A DNA stretch of 64,000 nucleotides, taken from Amphiscolops sp. MND2022. Lineage: Eukaryota. Location of the stretch: assembly GCA_964187785.1 (NCBI GenBank), contig OZ076409.1, forward strand, positions 14,200,001 through 14,264,000. Direction: 5' to 3'. Each line of letters starts with the position of its first letter. Within the stretch, counting starts at the first letter, position 1. Made by a program: the position numbers and the translations under genes. A model generated the notes under the pieces. The model did no database searches and was not told where the DNA came from. It saw only the letters and a list, made by a program, of their open reading frames with translations. Positions 13,652-26,005 of this stretch are shown here, one piece after another.

Positions 13652-13670
13652 TGGCGCTCCTGGGTGGGCT
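13652..13670 (+). promoter_or_regulatory. PBS complementary to a tRNA-Asn-like 3' end
   Basis: TGGCGCTCCTGGGTGGGCT one nucleotide after ...TTTACA; closely matches the complement of the metazoan tRNA-Asn 3' end (AGCCCACCCAGGGACGCCA). Confidence 0.75.
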
Positions 13671-13764
13671 TTCTTTATGTCTTTTGTTATTGCCTCTTTC
13701 TTTGCTTTACTTCTTTCCCTCTTTTTCCCTGCACCCCTTGTGAGTTGCTGAACCCTTTCCGACG

Positions 13765-15128
13765 ATGACTGGAGACGACGAAAACGAGCAGCAGAGTTCC
13801 CCCGTCACCGAAGAAGATCCCAGCGGCACCCACACTCCCGTCACAGGTGGTAGTACACCACTTCCTATTAAGTCCACTAAAATTTTCTTCGTAGGATTGG
13901 TCGACGCGGCGAAGGAGCGTAAACAAACTGCCTATAAACGAATCAAAGAAATGGAAAAAGAACTGAAAAGATATAAATTTGAAGAAGAAATAGATTCGGA
14001 CGACTCCATGGTTCTTGAAAATGTATCTAGAAAAATAAAAAAACCCTGTATGAAAATTTGCCAATAAAACCAGAAAAAATCCCCAGTAAAGATTACACCC
14101 GCAGTTGCTAAAGCCAATGGGTGGAATGTTACTAAAAAAATTGCTGCAATGCCTACTTGTTTAACATTTTGGTCCATTGAAGAATTTGAAACTGTCCCCA
14201 AAAGAAATATTGAAAAAGAACCCAGTTCTTATCCCCCACAGTTTGATGAATTCTTGGAAGTTTTGAAACGCAAAATGCAGCAATATCGCAGCCAGCGAGC
14301 TACTCGGTCGGAATTAAAAGCAGTTAAACATTGGGAAAATGAAGACCTAAGAGACTACTCAAGAAGAGTACGTCAGCTCGCTGATATAGCCTTTGCTAAA
14401 AAATCGCTCCGGGAAGAGAACGCGATATGAGAGATCAATTTGTCGAAGGACTTTTTAATTCGCGAATACAACTTAATTCGTATGAAGACGAGCGTGACCG
14501 TGATTTCTGGGAAACTTTGCAAAGAGCACAGGAACCCGAAACAATCCACAAGACTCATGAATCAAAAAGAGACCGAAAACTTAATGAATTGCGCTATTCG
14601 CACGACGAATACGAGGATCCCGATCTAATAAGAGCTGGCAATTCGAGTAACAATCAAATTGAAGAAAAATTTGTCGCCCTTCAAACATCTCTAACCAATG
14701 TGGCTAGTCGCTTTGATTGCTTCGAAAATTCCATCTGCCAGCAGATATGCAAGCAAACTGATCAAATGACGAAACACTTGGAACGAAGTTCCTCAAAACA
14801 AGCCGAGTTGATGACCAGACAAAACGAAATCCTGATACAGGGTATGAAAGACATGTCATCTGCGGTCGTAGGAGCGTTAGGAAGTTCGCAACGGCCGGTT
14901 GGTGGGCAGCCTCAGAGTTGGCAAGCTCCCTGTTGTCAAGCCCCTTTCACTCCTAACTTTCGTGCGCTTCTGAAAAGAACCGGATCGTCGGGTCAGTTAA
15001 ATATTTCCCACCCTGCCCCCAAAGAAGCGGAATGTTTTAATTGTAGGGCGATAGGCCACTACGCTAAACAATGCCCAAGTCTTCCGCAATCTAATTTTTT
15101 AAACTACCGGCAGCCGAGTATGCAGTAG
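13765..15128 (+). pseudogene. gag: gag of element 2, fragmented
   Basis: LRDYSRRVRQLA..RDQFVEGL capsid-like motifs, knuckle CFNCRAIGHYAKQC, and slippery T TTA AAC at 15098-15104. Confidence 0.85.
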
Positions 15129-17745
15129 CAGGATCTACTCGAGCTTGGGATTCTATCCCTTTCCCGGCTGCTACAAATTTTCCACAAACAAGTCAGCGTG
15201 TTTGTTCTAGATCTAGGAGTAATGATAGGCGTTTGCGACCGCGCAATCGCAGTAGGCGGATCCACCAAGAATTTTGGAAACAAATATGTGATGAGTTTGA
15301 TCCGAGAGGGTTTTTTTACAGAAGAGTCCCATTCCCCTATTGTAAATATTCCCCCAATACAAAATTCCTTTGAAGATAAGCAAGCAGAGCCTGGCTCTGT
15401 GAAAATGTTTTCAAAAAAGATCCAGAATTTCCGAATCAGGCTCGACCTGATGAGTTAAAATCGACAAAAGTTGCTCAAAGCAAATATATTCCTGGGGCCA
15501 CGCTTTTAATCCCCTATGAATTAGAGAACTTGCGCTGTTGGGCCAAAATAGATACCGGTGCGAGTAGAAGTTTGATGAGTTTAGGACTGGCTAAAACTAT
15601 TGGTAATCCAATAGCTCCCAATCCCAGTAGTTTAATCGGTCCAATATCCAATGAGATGCCTACCAAAGTAAGAGCAGAGGTTAAAATCGGAAGTTGCGTT
15701 GCTTCCGATGAATTTGTTGTTGTGGAAGATCTCTATACAGAAATCAAAATTGGCTTAAAGTTCATGATAGAAAACCAATGCACGACTGACTTAGTCGAAC
15801 AGAAACTAACAATTCCAAAAGATGATGGTTTCATCATCAAAGTAACCATGCAAGTCGCAAGTGGCCATGTTCCTCCGTCGGAAGATGACGCATTCGTTTG
15901 CGAAACGGTACCCGGTCCTGACACAGTGTCAGCGGCCTCCGAAATAAACAAAAAAAAATCGAACAGGAAGTAGACGAAAATTTAAACTTAGCTACCCCTG
16001 GACTCGAGAACACCGAAATACAGGAAAAATTGCGAAATTTGATTCGTGATTACAGAGATGTGTTCTCACTGCCTTCGGATCCGCTAAGAACCGCAGTAGG
16101 AGTAGAGCACCGCATAGACATAGGCGATGCGAAACCGTTCAAAATCCCGCCTTACAAAATTGCTCCGCACAAACTAGAAGCAGTTCGTGAAGAAATTCGC
16201 GAGATGCTTGAGAAAGGAGTGATAGTACCGATTAAAAGTCCTCTCAGCAGCCCCATAGTTATGGTGCCTAAGAAAGACGGCTCAGACCGAATGTGTATAG
16301 ATTATCGAAAGTTGAACGACCTTACAGTAAAGGACGCGTATCCGTTGCCACGGATTGGTCAAACGCTTGATGCACTGCAAGGGGCGGGTGTTTTCTCGTC
16401 TCTCGATTTAGCAAATGGCTATTGGCAGATTCCAATCGCGACCGAAGACCAACACAAAGCGGCGTTTTGTACTCCTGATGGAGGATTAAACGAGTGCTTG
16501 AAAATGCAGTTTGGTTTAACGAACGCCCCGCCAACTTTCCAAAGGAACATGAACGGAATTTTTAAAGAAGACCTGTATAAACATGTGCTCATATTTCTCA
16601 ATGATGTATTGACTTTTAGTAAAACTCTGGAAGAACATTTGGAGCATTTAGAAAAGGTGTTCAGAGTATTGCGTAAAGCCGGTTTACGTCTTAAAACCGC
16701 AGAAATGTAATTTGTTCCGCACCGAAGTCCACTATTTAGGTCATGTGATTAACAAGGAAGGAATCCAACCAGATCCGAAAAACTTAGCGGCAGTACGCGA
16801 ATGGGAACCTCCGAACGACGTCTTCGGAGTTCGCTCATTTGTTGCCTTCTGCAACGATTATCGGAAATTTGTCCAAAACTTTGCGGAAGTGTCTCGGCCA
16901 CTTCATTTGATCCCCCAGCAAAGGGTTGAAATTCACATGGACCGAAGAACACGATAAAGCGTTCCTAACGCTAAAGAAAAGATTGTTAGAGGCTCCGATT
17001 CGGGCTTTTCCCAATTTTGAATTTCTGTTCGTTATTGATACCGATGCTAGGGGTACAGCGCTCGGCGCAGTTTTGTCGCAAGTGATTGATGGGATAGAAT
17101 ATCCGATTGCCTTTGAGTCGCGAGTGCTAACAAAAACTGAAGAAAATTATGCAACGACTAAGAGAGAAGCCTTAGGAGTAGTTCAAGCCGTTCAGTGGTT
17201 CAGACCATACATTTACGGATCCAAATGCATTATCCGCACGGATCATGCAAGTCTCCAATGGTTGTTTAGGCAAAATGCGGATGGAATGACTTTTCGAATG
17301 GTCCAAAAACTTCAGGAGTACGACTATCAAATAGTACATCGTCCAGGTGATAAACATTGTAATGCAGATGGCCTTAGTCGAAGACCGAATGACGTGCCCC
17401 AATGGCTCCCCGGCGAAGAAGATGCGTTAAGAGGACCGATTCCGGAATATACTGAATTTGACAGCACGCTATTCGAAGCCGAACGCGACCTTCGGGCCGC
17501 CCAAACCGAAGCTCGTGAGAAATTGGAAAAGTCAGAGGATGTAGCTGGGCATTTAAAAATGCAGATTTCTCACCCACCAAGAGAAGTAGTCCGTTATCGA
17601 GAAGGAGATTTTTTTGAATCCTCCGAGTCTTTAGTATTGTGTATATCCGCAGATATGAGAGTAGTCACTGCTCCCATGAAATCGTTTGTGAAAGAGTACT
17701 CCCATTTGCCCTTTTGCAGAGTCGGTAAATCGTGTTGGAGGCTTT
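15129..17745 (+). pseudogene. pol: pol of element 2 (PR, RT, RNase H, partial macrodomain-like segment)
   Basis: IDTGAS; RMCIDYRKLN, SLDLANGYWQ, FGLTNAP and FLND (mutated YxDD); DTDA..EALGVV..TDH..NADGLSR. Confidence 0.93.
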
Positions 17746-18437
17746 CTAGTGAAAATTACTTTTGTTCATTAACCTGACAGTGGTGTAATATAAAACATCA
17801 GAAACCCCCAAGAATAAAAACTCACTATGGATCAATGCACTGAAAGCAGATAAAATTAAAGTGAGATGAAGAAATCATCAAACGCTAACTAAGATTGTGC
17901 TTCAATATTACCAGAATTTGTTGGAGATCTCATTTAATTGCTTGTACAAATGAACGGTAGAATTAGTTCGCCTAACTCGCCTAAATTTTTGTTTGATGCT
18001 CCGGGGCAAAAGGTATGGTGGGTCTCCTTTGGTTTTTATTGATTTTTAACTTGTAAACCGCAGCTTATGTTTCGAATACGAATCACCAATATGAAATAAT
18101 TGTTCTGTTTGATTAGATCATTTTATATTTTTGAAGTTACTTCGTCGTTTTTAATGGGTGGTCTGCGTTTGTTTGCATCAGCCTAATCAGGTTACCACAG
18201 TCGCCTTCACAAACCGTTGTGATTAGTTGATTGTTGAGTCCATTGACTACTTTGACTGTGTTCAAATCTGTGACACGACAGAACAATTATGAGCCGTAAA
18301 AAAGTACCAACTGTTCCTCACTCAATTTAGCTGTCAAATCTGAGCACTACACTGGTAACGCGTGTTGGGTCGCGTTTCTCTCGGTTCCAACGATACGACT
18401 ATCCTGTTCGTTGGTGACAACCAATTGTTTAGCGCTT

Positions 18438-18909
18438 GGTGAGTGGTCACTTGGCTTAAGGTCATTTGGTTTATTGCTTTGGTGACTTGGCTTAATTTCT
18501 AAAAGCCAAACGTCTTGGGTAAATGGTCACTTGGCCTAATTCCATTTGGCTGCAAATCACTAAGTTGAAAACGCGTGGCAGATTTTGTCGAAAATGATAC
18601 TTAGAGGTAGTCAGACGCCATTTTCACATACCCCTAGTGCCCTAAATGCAGGAGTGAAGCGGAGCGCTCTGCTATATGGCCATGCCTCAAGGTTGCTTCT
18701 TGGCGAAGGGAGCGAAGCAACCGAGCCATACAACCAATATGCTAATTATTTCGTTCAAAATTCGTTTCAGTTTTGGCATTCAAAAGGTTGTTTTAGCCAT
18801 TAATTGAGTTAGAAAATTCTTTTAGCCAAATGACTCGAGCCAAAAATTTAGCCAGATGACTCGAGAAAAAAATGAAGCCAAAAGACTTTGAGTCAAGTGA
18901 CTTGTAACC
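18438..18909. mobile_element. MITE E: non-autonomous TIR element, ttggctt-arm family, core type I
   Basis: Inverted arms ggtgagtggtcacttggctt ... agtcaagtgacttgtaacc with repeated subterminal motifs; no clear TSD. Confidence 0.7.
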
Positions 18910-19934
18910 AAGCCATTTTGTGAACGAAAAATGTTCGAGTGATTCGACAAAATAGTCGCTAGTGTGTCACTCGCACATAAAGGCGAAACCAAAAACGTGG
19001 TAGGAACTGCAAATTCGTGATACGGATGATGCGGCTCGACCACCCAATTCAGCCGGCAGAGCCAGCTGAATACTCGAAATATCGTCAACATTTACGTGCA
19101 TACTTTGGAAAGCCCTTTCCACGTTTTGTCATTGTTCTCAAAAGCGTTTTATGATTAGAACACATGCTGGTTTGTAGAAAGTTGTTAGTTCGATTAACTG
19201 TCGGGGTAACGCACTTTTTTGTCTGATGCTCTTGGTATGCTAAATGCAGAAGCGAGGTGCCTTTTCTAGTAGATCTTCGTGGTGCGATGAGAACAATTCC
19301 TTTTTTCACGCAATCAGTGGTTACTGGAGAGTCACTTTTCTCAATCTAACCTGTCGATGTCTGTTTTCTCAGGAGTCGAAAAACCGAGTCAAACAAAACT
19401 GCTTTTTGGTAGTTCAAAACATAAGGATACCTATGATGAGCAGCTATACAACGTACTTATGCTAGTCTGTGCAATATACCAAGACGCAAAGTAAATTGAA
19501 ATACGCAAGAAAAAAAGTAATGGAATTGTTGAACACGCCAACGTTTAAAATCGGCGCTATACCCAAGGCTCAAAAAGCGCAAAGTTTTTGAAATTGTAAG
19601 GCCCTTTCTGAAAATGCAGTTTGTCGCAAAATATCAAAACAATTGAAGGAGGGACATTGAAAACTTTCGAAAAAATGGCACAGAGGCGAACAAAATTATA
19701 AGGGGACCCTACAGTCTCATCCGGTTTTGTATCTTACGTTACCAATGGAATAAACGAAGGGGGACACTTTGAACTAACTTAGGTGCGTTTCCGGTTGCCG
19801 GTTCAGTAATTGAGTAGTACTGTGAAAAGTGTCGACTACGCAAGTGTCAGACAAAACAAACTAGTCACTGTAGCAGTCGAAATTTTTGCATCTAAAAGAA
19901 AAGGCGCCGACTAAAAACTGTATGCCCAATATTG
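18548..19934 (+). repeat. ~1.4-kb direct duplication, copy 1
   Basis: Near-identical to 33678-35087 (scattered substitutions and a few small indels). Confidence 0.95.
19532..19917 (-). mobile_element. Non-autonomous Helentron/DINE-like element (second copy at ~34677-35070)
   Basis: Subterminal inverted repeat tcggcgc / gcgccga, terminal hairpin and A/T-run ends. Termini related to 46307-46781. Confidence 0.55.
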
Positions 19935-19939
19935 GCACC

Positions 19940-20560
19940 GTCGATCCCAATACGATGAAGCTGCCTGATTTTCTCGAAGAATTAAACCAGGGAGCCGAGA
20001 AGGCGTTTGGTGATCATGCACAGAAAATGATTGACAACTTGCTTTACGCAAAGCTGCCACCTAAGTTGAAGCGGTCTGTCAACATGGTCAGATTAGAAAA
20101 TGGCTCATATGATGAAAGTGTTGCTCATTTGGAGCGAGAGTTGGAACTCAACGCCCTTGAGGAATCAGGTGTCCTACCAATAGCCACAATGACCTTCTCA
20201 ACTACAAAATCTAAAACTCCTCTGTCCACTGGGCAAATGTCAGACATTACTTGCAATTATTGCAAGGAAAAAAGCCATATGGTCAAGGACTGCGAAAAAC
20301 TCAAAAAGAAAAAAGAAAAAGAGGCCCAGCAAGGCAAACAAACACAGAAGAAAACGTATCCGGAGTGTGGCACTTGTGGTAAAAAGAACCACCCGGAAGA
20401 AAGATGCTGGCAAGGTGCTGGTGCGCATCTCAAACCCAAACGCACCAGACCAGATGACGCCAATGACGATAAGCCCACTTCAAAGGCCCAGAAACCGCAA
20501 AATAGACCAACATCTTCAAACTCACAATCCTCATCCTCTAATGACGAGTCAAAAAACTAA
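19940..20560 (+). pseudogene. gag: gag C-terminal half of element 3
   Basis: Two knuckles, CNYCKEKSHMVKDC and CGTCGKKNHPEERC. A AAA AAC slippery site at 20551-20557 leads into the -1 pol frame. Confidence 0.85.
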
Positions 20561-23500
20561 CTTCGCCACGACTCCAATACAACGAACTGATATCCGTCCG
20601 CCAATACATCAGGTCGGATCCTCCAACAAAAACTTTTCATCAGGATACACAACAATTGATGGGCTATCCCTCTGTTGTCTGGTAGCAACAGATGGACAAA
20701 GCTATCACCATCACCTATAACAACACCCATTTATTCCAAAAACCAATTCCTGTTTGGGACCCTGACTATACCACCGCCTTTACTACCCGGTTCAGGCCCA
20801 TTCCCTTAGTCGATAACTACAATCCAACGTATATCGATCAAGAATACGGCAGAGATCCCTATTGGGACACCGAGATCTATAATCAAGAGCTATTACAATT
20901 TCAATACGTTCTTGATGATATTGAACACTACAATCGGACAGTCCACGAGAACCCTCCAATCACCCACAAAAAGAAGACCCGAGCATTAATTGAAAACTGG
21001 CAAATGAATGATGGCACAAACCATCCAGTGTTCCCAAACCCATTGGGGACCGAGACCCATGACAGCAATGTTGAACCCATACCACAATCATTGCTAGACG
21101 AGAAACAGTTCCAAAATGTCTTAGTCACTAGAGACGGTGAACCAGACTGTATACCCCTGTCAACCAACATCAACCTCAAATGCAAAAAACGCATGTTGTA
21201 TTTCCCAATGGACTTTGGGGATTTGACCATTGACGGACTCATTGACACTGGAGCGCTGTCCAGTGCAATTCCTGAAATGGACCTCCGGAAAATTCGACTT
21301 TTATCTCCACAATCCGTTATCCGGGAAGGTCCGCCTCCGAATTTCCAAATAATGGTCGCTAATGGGCAATTGGAAACTCCTAAAAGTACAATAGAGCTCA
21401 AATTTGAAGTTGGTGACATCGAGTTTCACGAGATTTTCATAGTGATGGAACATCTGACAGGTCCGATCATTGGACTAATGTTCCTTCAAAGAAACCATAC
21501 AGTTCTGGACATGCGACAAGGGATACTGAATTTCCCGTTCTTTTCGATGCAGCTGAAAACGGCTGACCATAAGTATTCAAATGTGTTAGAACCAATTCTC
21601 AACCCTATTGAGATAACTATTCCACCAAATGATAAAGTCCTAATTAGGACCAATTCCCTACTCTACCCTGAGAATGCTGTCACTGGAATTTTGCAACCGA
21701 GCGACCTTCTACGTGAAGAAGGCGACATCACATTTTGACCAGCTTTGGTCACTCTGAATGACGGCAATATATTGATACCAGTAAACAATTTCACAGACCA
21801 CCCTTATAAACTCAAAAAGGGACTTCAAATTGCCAATTTTTCTGTCATGACGCCAGAACAGATGAAATATGTCAACCCGGTAGTTCCGGCATCAACCTGG
21901 CACCTTTTGCAGAATGACCAGGAGCAGGCAGCCCACTATGTCAGCAGTCTCATCAAGACCAATAGAAATCCACAAAATCCGAAAATTATTGGTTCCCGAC
22001 TCCAGAAAATCCTGGAAATCCTGAGGAACACACATCTATACAAAAACGAATCCTTCGAGAATTACAGGCCTTACAGGACCTGGAGACACTTGACCCCACC
22101 AAAGATGAGGAATCGCGTGCAAAACTCTAAGAAAACTTTGACTGGAACGATTCCACCCTTACTCCTGAAGAGAAGGAGAAAATTGAGGAATTGTTAGTAG
22201 AATTCTATGACATCTTTGCACGACACCGATTTGATATAGGCATGAACGAGGAATTCAAGGTGAAACTGACGCCTAAGGACGATTCCCCAGCCTATAGTCA
22301 AAGCCTTCCAGCTCCTATCAACTTGAAGGAGGACATCCTAGTTGAATTAGCCTTGTTACACAAATATGGCATAATAACTACACTGCCATTTTCAAAATAT
22401 GCGAGTCCAATATTTGCACAAAAGAAACCGAATGAGAAACTCCGACTCTTGGTTGACTTGCGAAAAATCAACAACCTCATCTGGGATGATTATATCAACA
22501 ATAATCACCCCGTCAGTACACTAGTTGATGCTGCCCAACACTTGGCAGGCAAAAAACTGTTCTGTAAATTAGACTGTTCGCAGGCATACCACTGCCTACC
22601 AATGGCCGACCAACGTTCAATCGAAATGTTGGCTTTCAATTTTGCCAGTTGCACGTTCGCCTAGAGACGTTTGGCACAAGGCCTTAGTCGGTCACTATCC
22701 GCATTCTCGAGTTTCATGAGGGAATACCTCGACAAGGTCATTAAAGCGGACCAGTGTGCCCAGTATGTGGACGATATCGGCATCGCAGCCAATGATGTTG
22801 ACCACCTCATGACGAACCTGAGAGCTACGTTCAAATGCATTCAGGAAGCAGGCTTTAAGTTAACAATGCATAAATGTCACTTCGGTGCAAAAGAAATTGA
22901 TTTTCTCGGACGGACTATTACCCCACAAGGCGTCAAACCCCAGAAACAGAACGTGCAAAACTTTCTGGAAAAGACCAAATTCCCGAAGTCGAAAATGGCT
23001 TTACAGCGCTATTTGGGATTCCTTAACTACCACAGGAATTATGTCCCAAGACTCTCCGAACGCCTTGCTCCATTCTACAAGATGCTCAAAAGTGACGAAA
23101 AGGTCCTAGTATTGAAAGAATTAGTCCAGCAATTCGAAGAAATCAATAGAGCACTAGACAAATGTTGCAACCTGGCCCTACAGCAACCCATTCCGAACAA
23201 GCAAATAGAACTAAAGACTGATGCAAGTTTTGGTGCAGCCGGGTACGCGGTCCTAATTGAAGACGACCCAAGCCAAAAATTTACATCACTCAGAAAATCG
23301 TATGCACCGGTCGCATATGGATCAAAAACTTTCACCCCAGCACAAATCAAGATGTCAATATATGCCAAGGAATTCCTTGCTTTTTATTTTGCATTCAAAG
23401 AATTCGGACATATCTTCTGGGGTGCGCCGAAACCGGTCACCATCCTTACGGACAACAAAGCTGTCACGAGATTTTTCCAAACGAAAAAAATACCCCCAGC

Positions 23501-25762
23501 CCTGTGGAACGCGTGTGATTATGTCATTCAGTTCAATTTTGTCATAGCACACATCCCAGGGGCACAAAATACAGCTGCCGACTATTTGTCCCGTTTGGAA
23601 GCAGATCCGAAGGACAAATTGGTGATGAAAATTCGTGAAGATGTACAAACACTACCAATCGAAATCAATGTCCAATCCGCAGGGGTGTCACAAGAAGAAC
23701 AAATCTTCTACACCAATGACGACGATGAGACAGAAGCACAGTATTGGGCAAGAAAAGAAGCAATCAGGAAAAATCCAGCAACTGATGAGCCCACTGTTAC
23801 TATACAAACTCTGTCAACAAATCTGGTCAAGCAAAACCCCGATATACAAGTCCGATTGAGGAAAACGAACCAGATCATTATCGAGCAATCCAAAGATGCA
23901 GTACTACAACAATTGAAAGCAAAACTGCTTCATGAAGAGTATTCAGAAAATCTACTGCACCAGGATGCCCGATATAGACATTACGCAAACAATCTGGAAC
24001 GAATTGTACCAAAGGACGAAATCCTGGCAAGGCAATATTTTGATGAAACAGGGAATGTTAAATACCATCAAATTTTGCTCCCGCAACATTTACTCCAGGA
24101 ATTGCTCCAATCTCTTCACGGGACAGCGCAAAAACATCCTGGGGTTTCAAAAATGCTGCAGGAAATTCGACAGAGGTATTACTACCCTAGCATGGCTAAG
24201 CACGTCAAAAAGTGGGTAGAAGGGTGCGAACAATGTGCCAGAGACAAAAGAGTCCCTAACGCAACAATTACACCTGAACTACTCAACTTGCCCGAATGGG
24301 ACCTTGGACCTGAAGACGCCATGCAAATTGACCTATTGCCAAATCTTCCCCCAAGTGGTGGGTATGAAAACATCTTAACAGCAATTGATGTATTTTTCCA
24401 GATATCTGTTCGCCTATCCCGTTACGGACGCATCAGCGATCAATGTAGCAAAAGCGCTCATTGACATCATGACTAAACACTCATATCTACCAACGACTCT
24501 TATCACTGATAAAGGTACTGCATTTACTTCTACAATTATTGCGGAGGTTACGCAGATTTTGGGCATCACACTCAAATGTGCAACGACAAAACACCCGCAG
24601 ACAATTGGGAAATTGGAGCGAACTCATGCCTCATTGAAAACAAATCTCAAAATGGCATGTCGGGAATATCGCCGACAATGGCACAATTACTTGCCATTAG
24701 CAGTACTGAATCATAATACTAGTTATCACGCCAGCATCGGTTGTGAGCCGACGAGAGTATTTCACGGAAGAATTCAATTTAATATCTTGGATCACAAGCT
24801 TGGCAATAATCCAAACGAGCAGATCAACCCCACAACCGAATTTGCTGAAGAAATCCAAAACCGGACAAAAATTCTGATTGACAAAACGAAGCAGAACTTT
24901 ATGCAGTCGTATATCAAGTACAAAGAAAATTATGACCGCAAAGCGAAAGCCGCTCCACTAAAGGAGAACGAATACTGTTTTGTCTTACAGCCGAAAGCGG
25001 ATAATCAAGGATCAAAACTTCCATTCCGCGATTACCGTTGGGTTGGACCATTTGTAGTCAAAACAAGTTTTGCCAAATGAAAACTACATAGTACGACGGA
25101 TCAATACGAACAAAACTCAAATTTTGCATCGGATTCGCTTTAAGAAGTTTATCCCCAATCAACCGCTTGAGGATAATTTCCGAGAACAACAGTTGCAGCC
25201 AGACGAAGAAATTGTCATTCCGCAAGATGATTTATACGTCATAACGTGGGAAACCGACTTTGGCGAGCAGCTAGTTACACAAGGCAACGAGACTATTCCG
25301 ACCAGCATGCCGAATAGCGAACGGCCGAATGCGGCAGAAACGAATACAAATGACGTAGCCGAGAATGAAGCGGATTACATAATCACGCGAGAAGTAACGA
25401 ACAACGACAATGCAGCGCACAGCCGGAATGACCACTTAAATGATGACGTCACTGAAAGAAATGAATCTACTGCAGTCACCGAAAATGAAGAATCTGATTG
25501 GCCGAATCCGGCCGTTTCCCCAAAAAACCAAAAAAAGTCATTGCCAAATACGGCAGATAGACCGGAAAACGATGAAAATTTTTCAGAAAGAAACTTGACG
25601 AGTGAAAACGATACACAAGATTCTCCAAACAGGGGGGATGATATTATCGTGCCCGAAATATCTGAAAACGATGCTAGAAATGAAGGTCTGAGCCCCAGAG
25701 GAGGGAAATATAATCTCAGACCTAACCCTAACCCAAACTACTCAGAAGACTTCAGATACTAA
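20551..25762 (+). pseudogene. pol: pol of element 3 (PR, dUTPase-like spacer, RT, RNase H, integrase, acidic tail)
   Basis: LIDTGA; RLLVDLRKIN, KLDCSQAYH, LAQG and QYVDD; TDAS..TDNKA..ADYLSR; H..HPG..CEQC, IDL, TDKG, KLER, GPF. A few stops and frameshifts. Confidence 0.95.
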
Positions 25763-26005
25763 GAAAGACTGAATTCAGTTCAGGTGATGAGCCCTGAATT
25801 GGATTTTCCTTTTCTTTTATCTTTTTTTAGTCCCATGAGAGTCAGTATTTTTTGAATAAACAATGGGACTTAAAGGTGATCCCTTACAAAGAAGACAAAT
25901 ATGGGATCAGGGAATCAACGATACAAACATTAAAAGAATAAATGAATAGAATAACAAAAGATCAACAAAGTTTACAGTCCAATGTACATGCATACATATG
26001 TACAG

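Larger units (their letters stand above)
13214..17745 (+). mobile_element. Gypsy/Ty3 LTR retrotransposon 2, truncated before integrase
   Basis: Putative LTR ~13214-13650 (TG..ACA, with AATAAA), PBS, gag, PR, RT, RNase H. No integrase or 3' LTR. Confidence 0.9.
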
